From an uncultured Gammaproteobacteria bacterium (lineage in GTDB: Bacteria; Patescibacteriota; Patescibacteriia; JACPL01; CAZRYK01), in the NCBI GenBank assembly GCA_964604315.1, contig CAZRYK010000002.1:267-64266 (forward strand): 64,000 nucleotides of DNA. Direction: 5' to 3'. This document shows, one piece after another, positions 38,040 to 48,148 of this stretch (the first letter of the stretch is position 1; the number at the start of each line of letters is the position of its first letter). The notes below the pieces were generated by a model. That model saw only the letters and a list, made by a program, of their open reading frames with translations, had not been told where the DNA came from and did no database searches. The translations under genes and the position numbers were made by a program.

Positions 38040-38678
38040 ATGGCTTATCCTTTAATGCGACGAACATTCTTTGACCTTTTTAGTCGCCGCTTCGACCGCC
38101 ACGTTTCTGGCTGGCAGAACCTTCCACCGTCGGGCGCGTACATTATTGCCGCCAACCACGTGAGCTATTTAGACCCCATGATTTTGTTTTCCATTTTTGT
38201 TCGCAAGACGCATTGTAAAATCTTTTTCTTAACCAAAGACGATGTTACGCGTCCGTTGGGCGATAGACTCTCCAACTACTTAGGCATGATTCCGGTGGAG
38301 CTTCACGGCGATAAATCCAAAGCCCTAGACCCGGCCATTCAAAAACTCAAACGTGGCAACGTTATTGGTATTTTTCCTGAAGGCCAGCGCAATACCGAAA
38401 AGGAATTACAAAAAGGCAAAACCGGTGCTGTGCGTTTGGCATTAGCTTCTGGTGTTCCGATTATTCCCACAGGTTTTTTTGGGCCGCCAGGATGGACAAA
38501 ACGCGAAACCGCCAAAAATTATGTGTTGCGCGGCAATGAGGTCGCGGTAAAATTTGGCCCGGCTTTAGATTTTTCCCAACACCGCAACAAAACCGTGACG
38601 CATGACCTTCTGACAACGTTAACCCGTGAGCTCATGCTAAAAATCAGTGAGCTCTGCGACAAACCGTATTCCTATTAA
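38040..38678 (+). CDS. Lysophospholipid acyltransferase (PlsC family)
   Basis: NHVSYLD (HX4D), IFPEGQR, KGKTGAVRLA; start set at MAYPL. Confidence 0.9.
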   Translation: MAYPLMRRTFFDLFSRRFDRHVSGWQNLPPSGAYIIAANHVSYLDPMILFSIFVRKTHCKIFFLTKDDVTRPLGDRLSNYLGMIPVELHGDKSKALDPAIQKLKRGNVIGIFPEGQRNTEKELQKGKTGAVRLALASGVPIIPTGFFGPPGWTKRETAKNYVLRGNEVAVKFGPALDFSQHRNKTVTHDLLTTLTRELMLKISELCDKPYSY

Positions 38679-38680
38679 CT

Positions 38681-39388
38681 ATGCCCTATATTTTTTCCCG
38701 CAACTCGCTTTTAAAACTCCCCGAGCATCGCTTTACGGGCAGTATTAAGGGTATGGAAAATCTTCCAAAGAATCGTCCGTATATTATTGTGGCCAATCAC
38801 GACAACAGCATTGACGCGTATATCTTAATGGCTCCGCTCACACGACGGCTAAATAAAAAGATTCATGTGTTTTCCAACCCCGTGAATCGCGGCGGTCGGC
38901 TCATGCAACTCTTTTTTAAATCGCTGGCCATTTGGTGGGCGGAAGTGATTGTGGTAGACAGAACAAACCGATCACGCAGTTTAGAGGTCGCAAAAAAGTT
39001 TTTAGACAAAGGCGAGCTAGTTGGCATCTTTCCGGAGACCATCGACACAGACGAAAAATATCTGGCCCGTGGTAAGACCGGCATGGTGCGTTTAGCGTTA
39101 GCGGCTAAAGTGCCAATTGTGCCCATTGGCATGTATGGTGGGCCAAACATGGAAGGCATTCGCGAAAACATCAAATATTTTCTGAAGCGAAAAGAAGTGC
39201 GCCAACACATTCGCATCGGGGAACCGATAGAGTTTACAAAGTATGACGGCAGAGTCGCAAATTATGAACTGCTCGCAGATGTGACCATAGAGGTCATGCA
39301 AGCTATTGCCAAATTGTGCGGCAAAGAGTATGTTTATACCAAACGTCAGTGGATGGAGGAATACCGACAACATTATAAGGGGGATTGA
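38681..39388 (+). CDS. Lysophospholipid acyltransferase (PlsC family), second paralog
   Basis: NHDNSID, IFPET, RGKTGMVRLA, VPIVP. Confidence 0.88.
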   Translation: MPYIFSRNSLLKLPEHRFTGSIKGMENLPKNRPYIIVANHDNSIDAYILMAPLTRRLNKKIHVFSNPVNRGGRLMQLFFKSLAIWWAEVIVVDRTNRSRSLEVAKKFLDKGELVGIFPETIDTDEKYLARGKTGMVRLALAAKVPIVPIGMYGGPNMEGIRENIKYFLKRKEVRQHIRIGEPIEFTKYDGRVANYELLADVTIEVMQAIAKLCGKEYVYTKRQWMEEYRQHYKGD

Positions 39389-39404
39389 TTCTAACGAAGC
39401 GCTT

Positions 39405-40859
39405 ATGTGGGATCCCTGGCAGCATGTCTCGCATCTATCCAAACAGGAAATTGGAAGTTTACAAAATAAAAAGCTGGCGTCATTCATGCGCCATCAAGCC
39501 CCGTATATTCCGTATTATCGGAAGCTTTTTCGCAACCAGGGATTGCGTTTTGCCGACATTCGAACCACAGAGGATTTAGTCAAAATTCCGTTTACCTTTA
39601 AAGAGGATATTGCCCCCACAGACACCGAGCCTGGCCGCCCGCGCGATTTTATTTTGCAGCCCGACGAAAAGTTAATTCGTAAGATTGCGCCCAAGCGCGA
39701 GCTTATAAAAATCTTGGCAAAAAAGTTGGCGCAAAGAGATGTGCGAAAAGATCTTGAATGGGAATACAAACCCATTCACACGCATTTTACAACAGGCCGT
39801 TCTGCGGCGCCGACAGCATTTACGTATTCCGCGCGCGATTTGGAATTTTTGAAAGAAAGTGGCAGCCGCATGTTTGGCGTCACGGGTTTAACGCGTGATC
39901 AGATTGCGATTAACGGTTTTCCGTACGCTCCGCACTTAGCGTTTTGGTTAGCGTACCACGCGTTAGAAAAAGTTGGCATGACCAGCTTGCAAACCGGTGG
40001 CGGAAAATCGATGGGAACGCAAAAGATTATTAACGCCATTGAGCGCACCAAAGCCAATGCGTTAATCTTCATGCCGGGCTATGCGTATTATTTGTTGCGG
40101 GAAGCCGTGCAACAAGGCAAAGATTTTTCGCGCGTTTCGCATATTATTTTTGGCGGCGAACGGTTAAGTCCGGGGTTGCGGGAAAAGGTGCGGGAACTCA
40201 TGCGTCAATTAGGCGCGCCGGAAGTAAAGATTTTAGCTACCTATGCTTTTACCGAAGGCAAAACCGCATGGATTCAATGCGCGGAAAATTCCGGCTATCA
40301 TTTGTATCCGGATATAGAGTTCATTGAATTGGTGGACAAAAACGGCAATCGGGTGGGTGAAGATGAAGAAGGCGAAATTGTGTATACGGGTTTAGATTGG
40401 CGTGGCTCGACCGTTATTCGTTACCGCACCGGCGATATAACCAAAGGGATCACATATCGGCCGTGCCCGTATTGTGGCCGCACGGTGCCGCGCATTCACC
40501 CGGACATTCAGCGCAAAAGCGAGGTGAAAGAATTCCACTTAACGAAAGTGAAGGGGCAGTTGGTGAATTTGAATAATTTTTATCCTGTGCTTTCGGGCAT
40601 GAAAGACATTGAAGAATGGCAAGTGGAAATTCGCAAAAAAGACAACGATGCGTTTGGTTTAGATGAAGTGGTGATTTATGTTGCGCCAAAATCCGGAGTT
40701 GATGAAAATTTGTTAACCCAGCAGATTCAGCAAGCGGTGTACCAAGAAGCAGAAGTGACGCCGCTAGTTTTTATGCGTTCACTGCCAGAACTTTTGACCC
40801 AGTTGGGCATGGAAACAGAATTAAAAGAACTGCGCATCGTGGACAAACGACCCAAATAG
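39405..40859 (+). CDS. Phenylacetate-CoA ligase-like adenylate-forming enzyme
   Basis: PYYRKLF, EDL.KIPFT.K, FTTGRS, GGE, YAFTE, IRYRTGD. Confidence 0.85.
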   Translation: MWDPWQHVSHLSKQEIGSLQNKKLASFMRHQAPYIPYYRKLFRNQGLRFADIRTTEDLVKIPFTFKEDIAPTDTEPGRPRDFILQPDEKLIRKIAPKRELIKILAKKLAQRDVRKDLEWEYKPIHTHFTTGRSAAPTAFTYSARDLEFLKESGSRMFGVTGLTRDQIAINGFPYAPHLAFWLAYHALEKVGMTSLQTGGGKSMGTQKIINAIERTKANALIFMPGYAYYLLREAVQQGKDFSRVSHIIFGGERLSPGLREKVRELMRQLGAPEVKILATYAFTEGKTAWIQCAENSGYHLYPDIEFIELVDKNGNRVGEDEEGEIVYTGLDWRGSTVIRYRTGDITKGITYRPCPYCGRTVPRIHPDIQRKSEVKEFHLTKVKGQLVNLNNFYPVLSGMKDIEEWQVEIRKKDNDAFGLDEVVIYVAPKSGVDENLLTQQIQQAVYQEAEVTPLVFMRSLPELLTQLGMETELKELRIVDKRPK

Positions 40860-40886
40860 AAGAAGTTAGCAGATGGTAGATAGTAG

Positions 40887-42197
40887 TTAGTAGACAGTAA
40901 AAGTTTCATGTAGTGGGTCTGGGGTATAATGCAACCGCGGGCCGTTTTGGATAATGTTTTTTAAGGCGTTAGTGAGCGCGTCAATATCTTGTTGCGTGTT
41001 ATGACAGCCAATACTTGCGCGAACAATTCCGTACGACGCTAATCTGTCGCCGTGTTTCATTTTTTCTTCGATCATTTCTTGCTCTGAATCTGAAATATTC
41101 AGCCAGCGCCGCACAAGCCGATGATTACAAATAGTTCCAGCGCGGGTTTCAATGTGGTATTCATGGTCAAGAATAGCCGACACCAGCGCATGATGATATC
41201 CAGAAAGATTGAACGCAAAAGTTCCTATGCGATCTTCGGCAATAGATTTTTGCGAATCAACATACAGCGTAATTTCTGGAATGGCGCGCAATGCTTCGGC
41301 CGTATACCGCACAAGTTTTTTTTCGTGTTCCTGAATCGCCGTAAAGTTTTGCGTCAATATGTCACAGCTTTTGGCCAAAGCGATGATGCCAGTGGCATTC
41401 CATGTTCCGCTTTGATGGCGTTCTTCTGCTGGTGACCAGACAAGATTATAAGAGGAGAGCATATCAATAGAACCGCCTGCGGGGTCGACCGGGGGCTGAT
41501 GCAGAAGATTTTTTGGGAGCGCTAAAACCCCAATTCCAAAAGGTGCATAGACTTTATGTGCAGAAAAAGCCAAGGCGTCAATACCATCGCGTTGCATGTT
41601 GATGCGTCGATGCGGTGCAAGTTGCGCCGCGTCAATAAACAAAAGCGCGTCATTACGATGAGCGATATCGGATAAACGTCGTAAGTCTGGAATATAACCC
41701 GTCAGGTTTGATGCGCCGGTAATAGCAATCAGTTTCAACCGGCCATAATATTGCCGTGCAAGTTGCTCGCAATGAGCCATGTCTAACGCGCCGGAGGCAT
41801 TTGTGCGAACCTCCACGATTTCTGCATCGGTATTGTACCGCCATGGCAAATTGTTGGACGTATGCTCAATCGAAGAGGTTATGACGACGTCACCTTTGGA
41901 AAGGCATAACATGCGAGCAAACACATTAATGGCGCAACTGGTATTGTGCGTGAACAATAATTCCTGCTCGGCATCAACATGCAGAAAATCTTTGATGGTT
42001 TGGATTGCTTGCGCCACGGCATGGGATGTCTTGTCCGCATACGGTCCGGCGCCACGATGCAACGCTCCATAGGTTTGTAAAAATTCCGTGACTTCGGCAA
42101 CGGTTTCTGCAAATGGCGGGGTTGTGGCCGCATTATTTAACCGTACAACTTTTTGCATTGCCTCGAGTGATGGAATTATTTTAGGTAAAGGGTTCAT
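40887..42197 (-). CDS. Aminotransferase class V (cysteine desulfurase-like) PLP enzyme
   Basis: NAATT, EHTSN.LPW, DAAQ, SAHK.YAPFG, RAGTIC. Confidence 0.9.
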   Translation of the reverse strand: MNPLPKIIPSLEAMQKVVRLNNAATTPPFAETVAEVTEFLQTYGALHRGAGPYADKTSHAVAQAIQTIKDFLHVDAEQELLFTHNTSCAINVFARMLCLSKGDVVITSSIEHTSNNLPWRYNTDAEIVEVRTNASGALDMAHCEQLARQYYGRLKLIAITGASNLTGYIPDLRRLSDIAHRNDALLFIDAAQLAPHRRINMQRDGIDALAFSAHKVYAPFGIGVLALPKNLLHQPPVDPAGGSIDMLSSYNLVWSPAEERHQSGTWNATGIIALAKSCDILTQNFTAIQEHEKKLVRYTAEALRAIPEITLYVDSQKSIAEDRIGTFAFNLSGYHHALVSAILDHEYHIETRAGTICNHRLVRRWLNISDSEQEMIEEKMKHGDRLASYGIVRASIGCHNTQQDIDALTNALKNIIQNGPRLHYTPDPLHETFTVY

Positions 42198-42339
42198 AGG
42201 AGGAAATACTAATCTAAAGCTATACTGAAATATCTGACTTAGTTATTCAAACATCTTTAACAATGTGAGTTGACTTTTTAGCTAAAGTAATATAAAGATA
42301 GAGAGAGATAATAGAATGTCGAAAGATTTTGACACATTT

Positions 42340-43083
42340 ATGCCCACCAATGCAAAAACCTTAGAACCATTAGGGCTTTCGGCCCAAGAAGCACAGGTAT
42401 ATTTGGCGTTGCTGAAAATCGGCGGAGCGCGGGCTAGCCGCATTGCGCGTGAAACCGGTTTTAAACGCACGACCGCCTATGCAATCTTAAAAAATCTTTC
42501 GCGCAAAGGCTTTGTCACGCTCTATTATCGTAAAAGTCAACAGTTTTATTATGCAGTAAAGCCTGCGCGGGTCGCGACGCTTTTTGAAAAAAAACTTAAC
42601 GCATTTACCACGCTTATTCCCACATTAGAATCCTTGGCTAAAAAAGAAACGCGCGATATGGGCTTGCGGTTTATTGAAACCAAACAAGAGCTCGAGGAAT
42701 TTTACCGTGGCGTTTTACAGGATTATCATAATCGTGCTTACCGGATTATTGGATCCGCGGCGGGTTGGGAAGGTTTAGATCCGGATTTCTTTATTCAGTT
42801 TCGTAAAGATCGCGCGGCGCATCGTATTCGAACCCGTCTCCTGCTCACCGCTGATTCTAAAAGCGTGAGCCCTAAAGCCAAAATTTTAAAACGCGATGTG
42901 CGATTCTTGTCGGAAAAATACCCTTTTCGTAGCACCATGGATATTTACGATGACAAAGTTTTAATTGTCAGCGCCGAGCTTTCCTCTCTTGCTGTGGTCA
43001 TCGAGATCCCTGCCATGGTCGACGTGTTTCAATCGATTTTCGAAATGCTCTGGGACGCAACACCTTCTAAAATTACGCGTTGA
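42340..43083 (+). CDS. TrmB-family transcriptional regulator
   Basis: LGLSAQEAQVYLALL, KRTTAY, IYDDKV. Confidence 0.9.
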   Translation: MPTNAKTLEPLGLSAQEAQVYLALLKIGGARASRIARETGFKRTTAYAILKNLSRKGFVTLYYRKSQQFYYAVKPARVATLFEKKLNAFTTLIPTLESLAKKETRDMGLRFIETKQELEEFYRGVLQDYHNRAYRIIGSAAGWEGLDPDFFIQFRKDRAAHRIRTRLLLTADSKSVSPKAKILKRDVRFLSEKYPFRSTMDIYDDKVLIVSAELSSLAVVIEIPAMVDVFQSIFEMLWDATPSKITR

Positions 43084-43155
43084 CAAAAAGAAGTTTTTAC
43101 GGTATAAATCCTCTGCTAAAGAACGGTTTTATTATTTTCGAAAGCTTTATTTTCT

Positions 43156-44469
43156 ATGATTCACGTCACGAAAAAAGAACTACCCCAGGGTTTGGTAGAA
43201 TTAGAAATCACCGTGCCCAAAGAGGATTTGGTGCAATTTTTGAGCAAAGCCGCACTGCGCATTTCGCAAAATATCAATATCAAAGGCTTTCGCAAAGGCC
43301 GCGCCCCCTATGCGGTTGTGAAACAACAGGTTGGCGAGGAGGGCATTTTAGAAGAAGCATCCAAAGAAATTATTTCGCAGACGTTTTATGATGCGGTGAC
43401 GCAAGAAAAGTTAGAAACGGTTGCCCAGCCGGAAATTGAAATCAAAAAGATTGCGCCCAATAACGATTTAATCTATACCGCCAAAGTTGCGCTGTTGCCG
43501 CAGGTGACGCTTGGCGACATGACCAAAATAGTTGTTGAAAAAGAAAACGCCGCCGTCACAGACAAAGAGGTTGACGACGTCATTGTGGATTTGCGCAAAA
43601 AACGCGCGACGGAAAAAGAAGTGTTGCGCCCGGCAAAAATGGGCGACCGCGTGTCTTTAGATTTTAATGTGTTTCAAGCCAATGTGCCGATTGAAGGCGG
43701 GCAGTCGAGCGACCACGCTGTGGATTTAGGCGCGGGCATGATGATTCCTGGCTTTGAAGAGCAAGTGGTGGGGCTTTCGGCCGGAGAGAACCGGGAGTTT
43801 ACCTTAAATTTTCCCGCGGAATACCATGAAAAAAGTTTGGCAGGCAAGCCGGCGGATTTTAAAATTACTGTGAAGAAAGTGTTAGAAATGGCGACGCCCG
43901 AATTAACCGATGACTTTGCCAAAAGCGTTGGGAAGTTTCAAAATACGCAAGAGTTAAAAGATCAAATCAAAAATAATCTTCAGAAAGAGCGGGAGCAAAA
44001 AACCAGAGAGCGTCAAGAAATCGACGCTATGAAGCAATTGGTTGCGCTAACAACTTTTTCTGACATTCCCGAAATGTTGATTAAATCCGAAGTTGAGGAA
44101 ATGATTCAAGAATTAAAAAGCAATGCGTCGCGCCGCGGCATGGAATTTGGTGATTACTTAAAACACTTAAAGAAAACCGAAGAAGAGCTGGCCACAGAGT
44201 TTCGTGAGCAAGCTGAGCAGCGGGTAAAATCGTCGTTGGTTGCGCGCGCCGTAACAAAACAAGAAAACTTAACCGTTGCGGATGATGAAGTCGAAAAGGA
44301 AGTTGCAAAAATATTGGACGCGTACAAAGAATACCCGGATTTGCAAAAACAATTTGACAACGATCATTACCGGCAATATACGCGCAATATGATATTGTAT
44401 CGGAAAGTTTTTACATCGCTTCTTTCGCATGCTACGGAAAAAGAAAAAACGCCCGAACCCCAAAAATAG
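43156..44469 (+). CDS. tig: Trigger factor
   Basis: GFRKGRAP, MIPGFEEQ, FPAEYH. Confidence 0.97.
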   Translation: MIHVTKKELPQGLVELEITVPKEDLVQFLSKAALRISQNINIKGFRKGRAPYAVVKQQVGEEGILEEASKEIISQTFYDAVTQEKLETVAQPEIEIKKIAPNNDLIYTAKVALLPQVTLGDMTKIVVEKENAAVTDKEVDDVIVDLRKKRATEKEVLRPAKMGDRVSLDFNVFQANVPIEGGQSSDHAVDLGAGMMIPGFEEQVVGLSAGENREFTLNFPAEYHEKSLAGKPADFKITVKKVLEMATPELTDDFAKSVGKFQNTQELKDQIKNNLQKEREQKTRERQEIDAMKQLVALTTFSDIPEMLIKSEVEEMIQELKSNASRRGMEFGDYLKHLKKTEEELATEFREQAEQRVKSSLVARAVTKQENLTVADDEVEKEVAKILDAYKEYPDLQKQFDNDHYRQYTRNMILYRKVFTSLLSHATEKEKTPEPQK

Positions 44470-44501
44470 TCCAAAGACTTATTCTTTGGTATACTACGGT
44501 T

Positions 44502-45281
44502 ATGCTTGATAAGCGCGAAATACGTATAGCAACCAAAGCGGTTTTGGTTGCGGGCAAATATGTGGCAAAGCACTACGGCAAATTGGAAGCCGTGGATTTT
44601 ACCATGAAGAAAAAAAACGAGCGTGTCACCAAAATCGATATCGATTCCAACAATATGATTATTCGGGAATTGGTTAAGCACTTTCCTAACGACGACATTC
44701 TTTCCGAAGAAAGTCCGCTTTCCGATAAACCGGGTGTCAGGCGTTGGGTTATAGACCCCATAGATGGCACCAGCAACTTTATTGCGCATATTCCCCTGTT
44801 TGCGGTTTCGCTCGCGCTTTTTGAGGACACCGACATTGTGTGGAGCATGACGTATGCGCCGATTCTGAATGAAAAATTTATTGCGGCCGCAGGGCGAGGC
44901 GTAACATTGAATGGAAAATCCATGCATGTTTCGGGGCGGCAAACGGTTTCCGGTTCTATGTTGGCGTATGGGTATTCGCATGAACCCACCTCTAAAAAGA
45001 AATCGTTTCATGCCATGGAGCGTTTCAGCGATCATGCCTCGAGCATGCGGCATTTGGGTTCGGCGTCGCTAGAGCTTGCCTACGTTGCCTGCGGCCGATT
45101 TGACGCCAGCATCTTTTTTGCGCCATTGAATCTTTGGGACGTTGCCGCGGGTGTGTTGCAGGTAAAAGAGGCGGGTGGCGCCATAACGCAGCACAATGGA
45201 AAACTTTGGACACCCGAAAGCACAACGTTGGTTGCGTCTAACAAAAAAATGCACGTTGAGCTTTTGCAGAAATTAGATTAG
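44502..45281 (+). CDS. suhB: Inositol monophosphatase family
   Basis: SEE, WVIDPIDGT.NF, WDVAAG. Confidence 0.92.
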   Translation: MLDKREIRIATKAVLVAGKYVAKHYGKLEAVDFTMKKKNERVTKIDIDSNNMIIRELVKHFPNDDILSEESPLSDKPGVRRWVIDPIDGTSNFIAHIPLFAVSLALFEDTDIVWSMTYAPILNEKFIAAAGRGVTLNGKSMHVSGRQTVSGSMLAYGYSHEPTSKKKSFHAMERFSDHASSMRHLGSASLELAYVACGRFDASIFFAPLNLWDVAAGVLQVKEAGGAITQHNGKLWTPESTTLVASNKKMHVELLQKLD

Positions 45282-45297
45282 AAACTTCGACCAGATA

Positions 45298-45326
45298 TTG
45301 ACATACGGAATAGAAGCTACTATTAT
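45298..45326 (+). promoter_or_regulatory. tRNA promoter
   Basis: TTGACA-N17-TATTAT. Confidence 0.65.
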
Positions 45327-45393
45327 TACGAATCGAGCCAACAAAGAAAAGATTGTTGCTTGGGTAGAAGAGTTTAGAAATGAATCATTTAAT

Positions 45394-45465
45394 GCGGGAG
45401 TAGCTCAGTGGTAGAGCGTAACATTGCCAATGTTAAGGTCGCGGGTTCGATCCCCGTTTCCCGCT
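45394..45465 (+). tRNA. tRNA-Gly(GCC)
   Basis: GCGGGAG/TTCCCGC; TAACA-TTGCCAA-TGTTA. Confidence 0.96.
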
Positions 45466-45704
45466 CTCGCGCCGAAATCACGACTTCAACCTGCGAAGGT
45501 CCCGATTTTCATCGGGGCTTTTTCGGTCTTCGTCTTATGAGAATAGAGTTCCGCAACGTCGTCTGGTTTTAGTATAGATTCCATTTGAATAATGTAAGGC
45601 AATCTTACATTTAAGACATTTTTTTCATCCGGATGTCAAATTTCTATTAAAAGAGACTTGATATTTATCACCCTTTTCTTTATACTAGGCGGTAGCTTAT
45701 TTAA

Positions 45705-46016
45705 GCCGGGGTGGTGAAATTGGTATACACGAGGGACTTTAACAATATGAGCACCGGTTGCGGAAACGCTCCGTGTGAATGAGGTCAAATTCGGGGAAGC
45801 CCTGACGTCACGTCGAGGTAATCCCGAGCCAATCCCCGTACCGTACGGTGCAGGGCAGGTGTAGAGACTTAACGGCCTCCTCCTACGTGTCACAAGCATA
45901 TGGAGAAGAGAGAGTCCAGACTACGAACCACGTAAAAAGCGTGGGCGATGAAAATCGAAGTAGTATGAAAATCCCTTGGGAGCAATCCCGTGCGGGTTCG
46001 AGTCCCGCCCTCGGCA
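45705..46016 (+). tRNA. tRNA-Leu(UAA), intron-split (exons 45705-45739 and 45968-46016)
   Basis: Spliced arm AGGGA-CT-TAA-AA-TCCCT; long variable arm; GGTTCGAGTCC. Confidence 0.9.
45740..45967 (+). ncRNA. Group I intron (IC3-like), 228 nt, no ORF
   Basis: Follows U, ends in G; P AAATTCGGGGAA, Q AATCCCGAGCC, R GTAGAGACT, S GAGAGAGTCC; P1 CUU/GAG. Confidence 0.9.
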
Positions 46017-46141
46017 CATCTTAAAATAACCCAGCGACCGGAATCCAACAAAAAACTTACTAGCATCTCCATTCTCACTAAAGATATTTGTATAAATTTG
46101 TACAGAGAAAATCAATATAAATTTGTTTATCATAATATTTT

Positions 46142-46537
46142 ATGCTCCTAGTAAAAACTAAAATTGGGCAAAGCAAAATAAACGGCATTGGACTTTTCGC
46201 CGACCAATTTATTAAAAAAGGAACAATAATTTGGAAATTTCAGACAGGTTTTGACCTTCGAGTTGGTAAAGACGAACTTGGTAACCTCTCCGAGTCGGCG
46301 AAAGAACAATTTTTAAAATACGCATATTTGAATCCTCGTACCCAAAAATATATTTTGTGCTTTGATGACGCTCGTTTCTTTAATCACTCGGACGAACCAA
46401 ACTCTATAGATGTGGATTCTCCCGACGACGAAGAAGGACTTGATGTTGCAGATAGAGATATAGAAAAAGGAGAAGAGCTGACCTGCAACTATAAAGATTT
46501 TGACGCGGATTTTGATTACAAGATGAGTATTCATTGA
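46142..46537 (+). CDS. SET-domain protein methyltransferase
   Basis: GIGLFA, RFFNHS..PN, DIEKGEELT.NY. Confidence 0.92.
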   Translation: MLLVKTKIGQSKINGIGLFADQFIKKGTIIWKFQTGFDLRVGKDELGNLSESAKEQFLKYAYLNPRTQKYILCFDDARFFNHSDEPNSIDVDSPDDEEGLDVADRDIEKGEELTCNYKDFDADFDYKMSIH

Positions 46538-46718
46538 TTTTTTGTTATTATTAGTGGCGTGCGCTTTGCGCACCCGAATTAGTTGCCGCCAAAGAAAAAC
46601 TTGAAATTGTCAGCGGTGCGGCTCCGTCGCCTTTCCGAATTTTCGCGGGGGGGGTTCCTCGCCGCCGCAGGCGGCGAAATGCGTTCGGACTAATTCAAGA
46701 ATACTGCACAAAGATTTT

Positions 46719-46885
46719 CTAGAGCTCATCTCAAAAATAGCTTTCTTGGTATTTCAGATGCCCTTTGCGCCGAAACACTTGAAGGATGAGGAGGAATGGT
46801 GGGACTATTTCGACGAGTCCTGAATGTGTTGCAGGCCAAAGGGCGTGTTATTCGGCCGGAAGATTATTTTTAAGATGAGTTCTAG
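46719..46885. mobile_element. MITE-like element bounded by CTAG
   Basis: CTAG-AGCTCATCTCAAAAATA ... TATTTTTAAGATGAGTT-CTAG. Confidence 0.75.
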
Positions 46886-46983
46886 CAAAAGTAGCCCTTT
46901 CTTGCTACCATAAAGTTATGGTTATTTTTATTGCAGGGTTAATTGGTGTTTAGGGAGTAATTTAGCAAGATTAAAACTCGCAC

Positions 46984-48078
46984 ATGAACTCCACCCAAAA
47001 AATTCTTTTTTCCGCGGCTTTTTTGGTGCTTGCCAGTGGACTTCTGGTTGCGGCTTTGTGGTATACATCGCAACGGACGGTAACGAACGTGGTGGAGAAT
47101 GAGACAAATTCCAACGTGAATAATAGTGAGACAGAATCTAACACAATCCCTCTAGACACTTTCCCCGAATCAGAAACGGTTGCACCACCGATTTCGATTC
47201 TTGCGGTTGGCGATATTATGCTCGGCCGTTATGTGCAAACATTGATGGAGAAAAATGGCGAAGACTATCCGTTCGCAAAAATTGGTGATTTGTTTGACAG
47301 TCACGACGTCGTGCTTGCCAATCTTGAAGGGCCGATTCAAGACGGGCCAAGAACACCAGATGATTCTCTTGTTTTCCGGTTCCCCGAATATACTGCACCA
47401 CTTTTAGCGCGTCAGGGTATTACGCATGTTTCGCTTGCAAATAATCACACGCTGAATCAAGGTCAGGCAGGTTTAGATAATACACGATCCGTCCTCGCAC
47501 AAAATCGCATCTCATTTTTTGGCGATCCGGTGCAGGATGGCGAGCAGGTGTTAGCAGAAGAAATCGAAGGAATGCCGATAACATGGATTGGTGCCAATGC
47601 CGCGGTGCGCAGTCTTGATGCTGATGCCATAACGCGCGAAATTCAAAAAAATAGCAACGGTAATGTGATAGTATTTGTGCATTGGGGAAACGAATATGTG
47701 CATACGCCATCAAGCTTACAACGCGAACTTGCGCATGAATGGGTAGATGCGGGCGCCGATGTGGTTATTGGTCATCACCCGCATGTGATTCAAACTGTGG
47801 AACTGTACAATGACCATATGATTTTTTATTCCCTCGGCAATTTTATTTTTGATCAATATTTTTCGCGCGACACCCAAGAGATGTTGGCGGTAAATCTTTT
47901 GTTAGAAGAAGAGACTGTAACGGCAAAACTCATTCCGTTAACGTCTACGCGCAGCCAGCCACAAATTGCCGACGAAACACAAAAAAACGAAATCTTAAAA
48001 AAGATCGCAGATTGGAGCGACCCTTCCATCCGCGCCGCCATTCTGAAAGGCGAATTCATTTTAAAACGGACAGACTAG
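46984..48078 (+). CDS. CapA family metallophosphoesterase
   Basis: GDIML, NLE, ANNH, HWG.EY, GHHPH, YSLGNF. Confidence 0.92.
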   Translation: MNSTQKILFSAAFLVLASGLLVAALWYTSQRTVTNVVENETNSNVNNSETESNTIPLDTFPESETVAPPISILAVGDIMLGRYVQTLMEKNGEDYPFAKIGDLFDSHDVVLANLEGPIQDGPRTPDDSLVFRFPEYTAPLLARQGITHVSLANNHTLNQGQAGLDNTRSVLAQNRISFFGDPVQDGEQVLAEEIEGMPITWIGANAAVRSLDADAITREIQKNSNGNVIVFVHWGNEYVHTPSSLQRELAHEWVDAGADVVIGHHPHVIQTVELYNDHMIFYSLGNFIFDQYFSRDTQEMLAVNLLLEEETVTAKLIPLTSTRSQPQIADETQKNEILKKIADWSDPSIRAAILKGEFILKRTD

Positions 48079-48098
48079 CATTCATACAAATGTAAATG

Positions 48099-48128
48099 AA
48101 AAAGAGCCGGACGACGCCGACTCTTTTT
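48099..48128. terminator. Bidirectional terminator
   Basis: A5-GAGCCGG...CCGACTC-T5 between convergent genes. Confidence 0.6.
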
Positions 48129-48148
48129 GTGCAGTTTTTGTGCTTCAA

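Noticed and set aside
45921-46133. Minus-strand ORFs over tRNA-Leu and the intron
   Set aside because: These are antisense read-through of structural RNA; there is no homing endonuclease motif.
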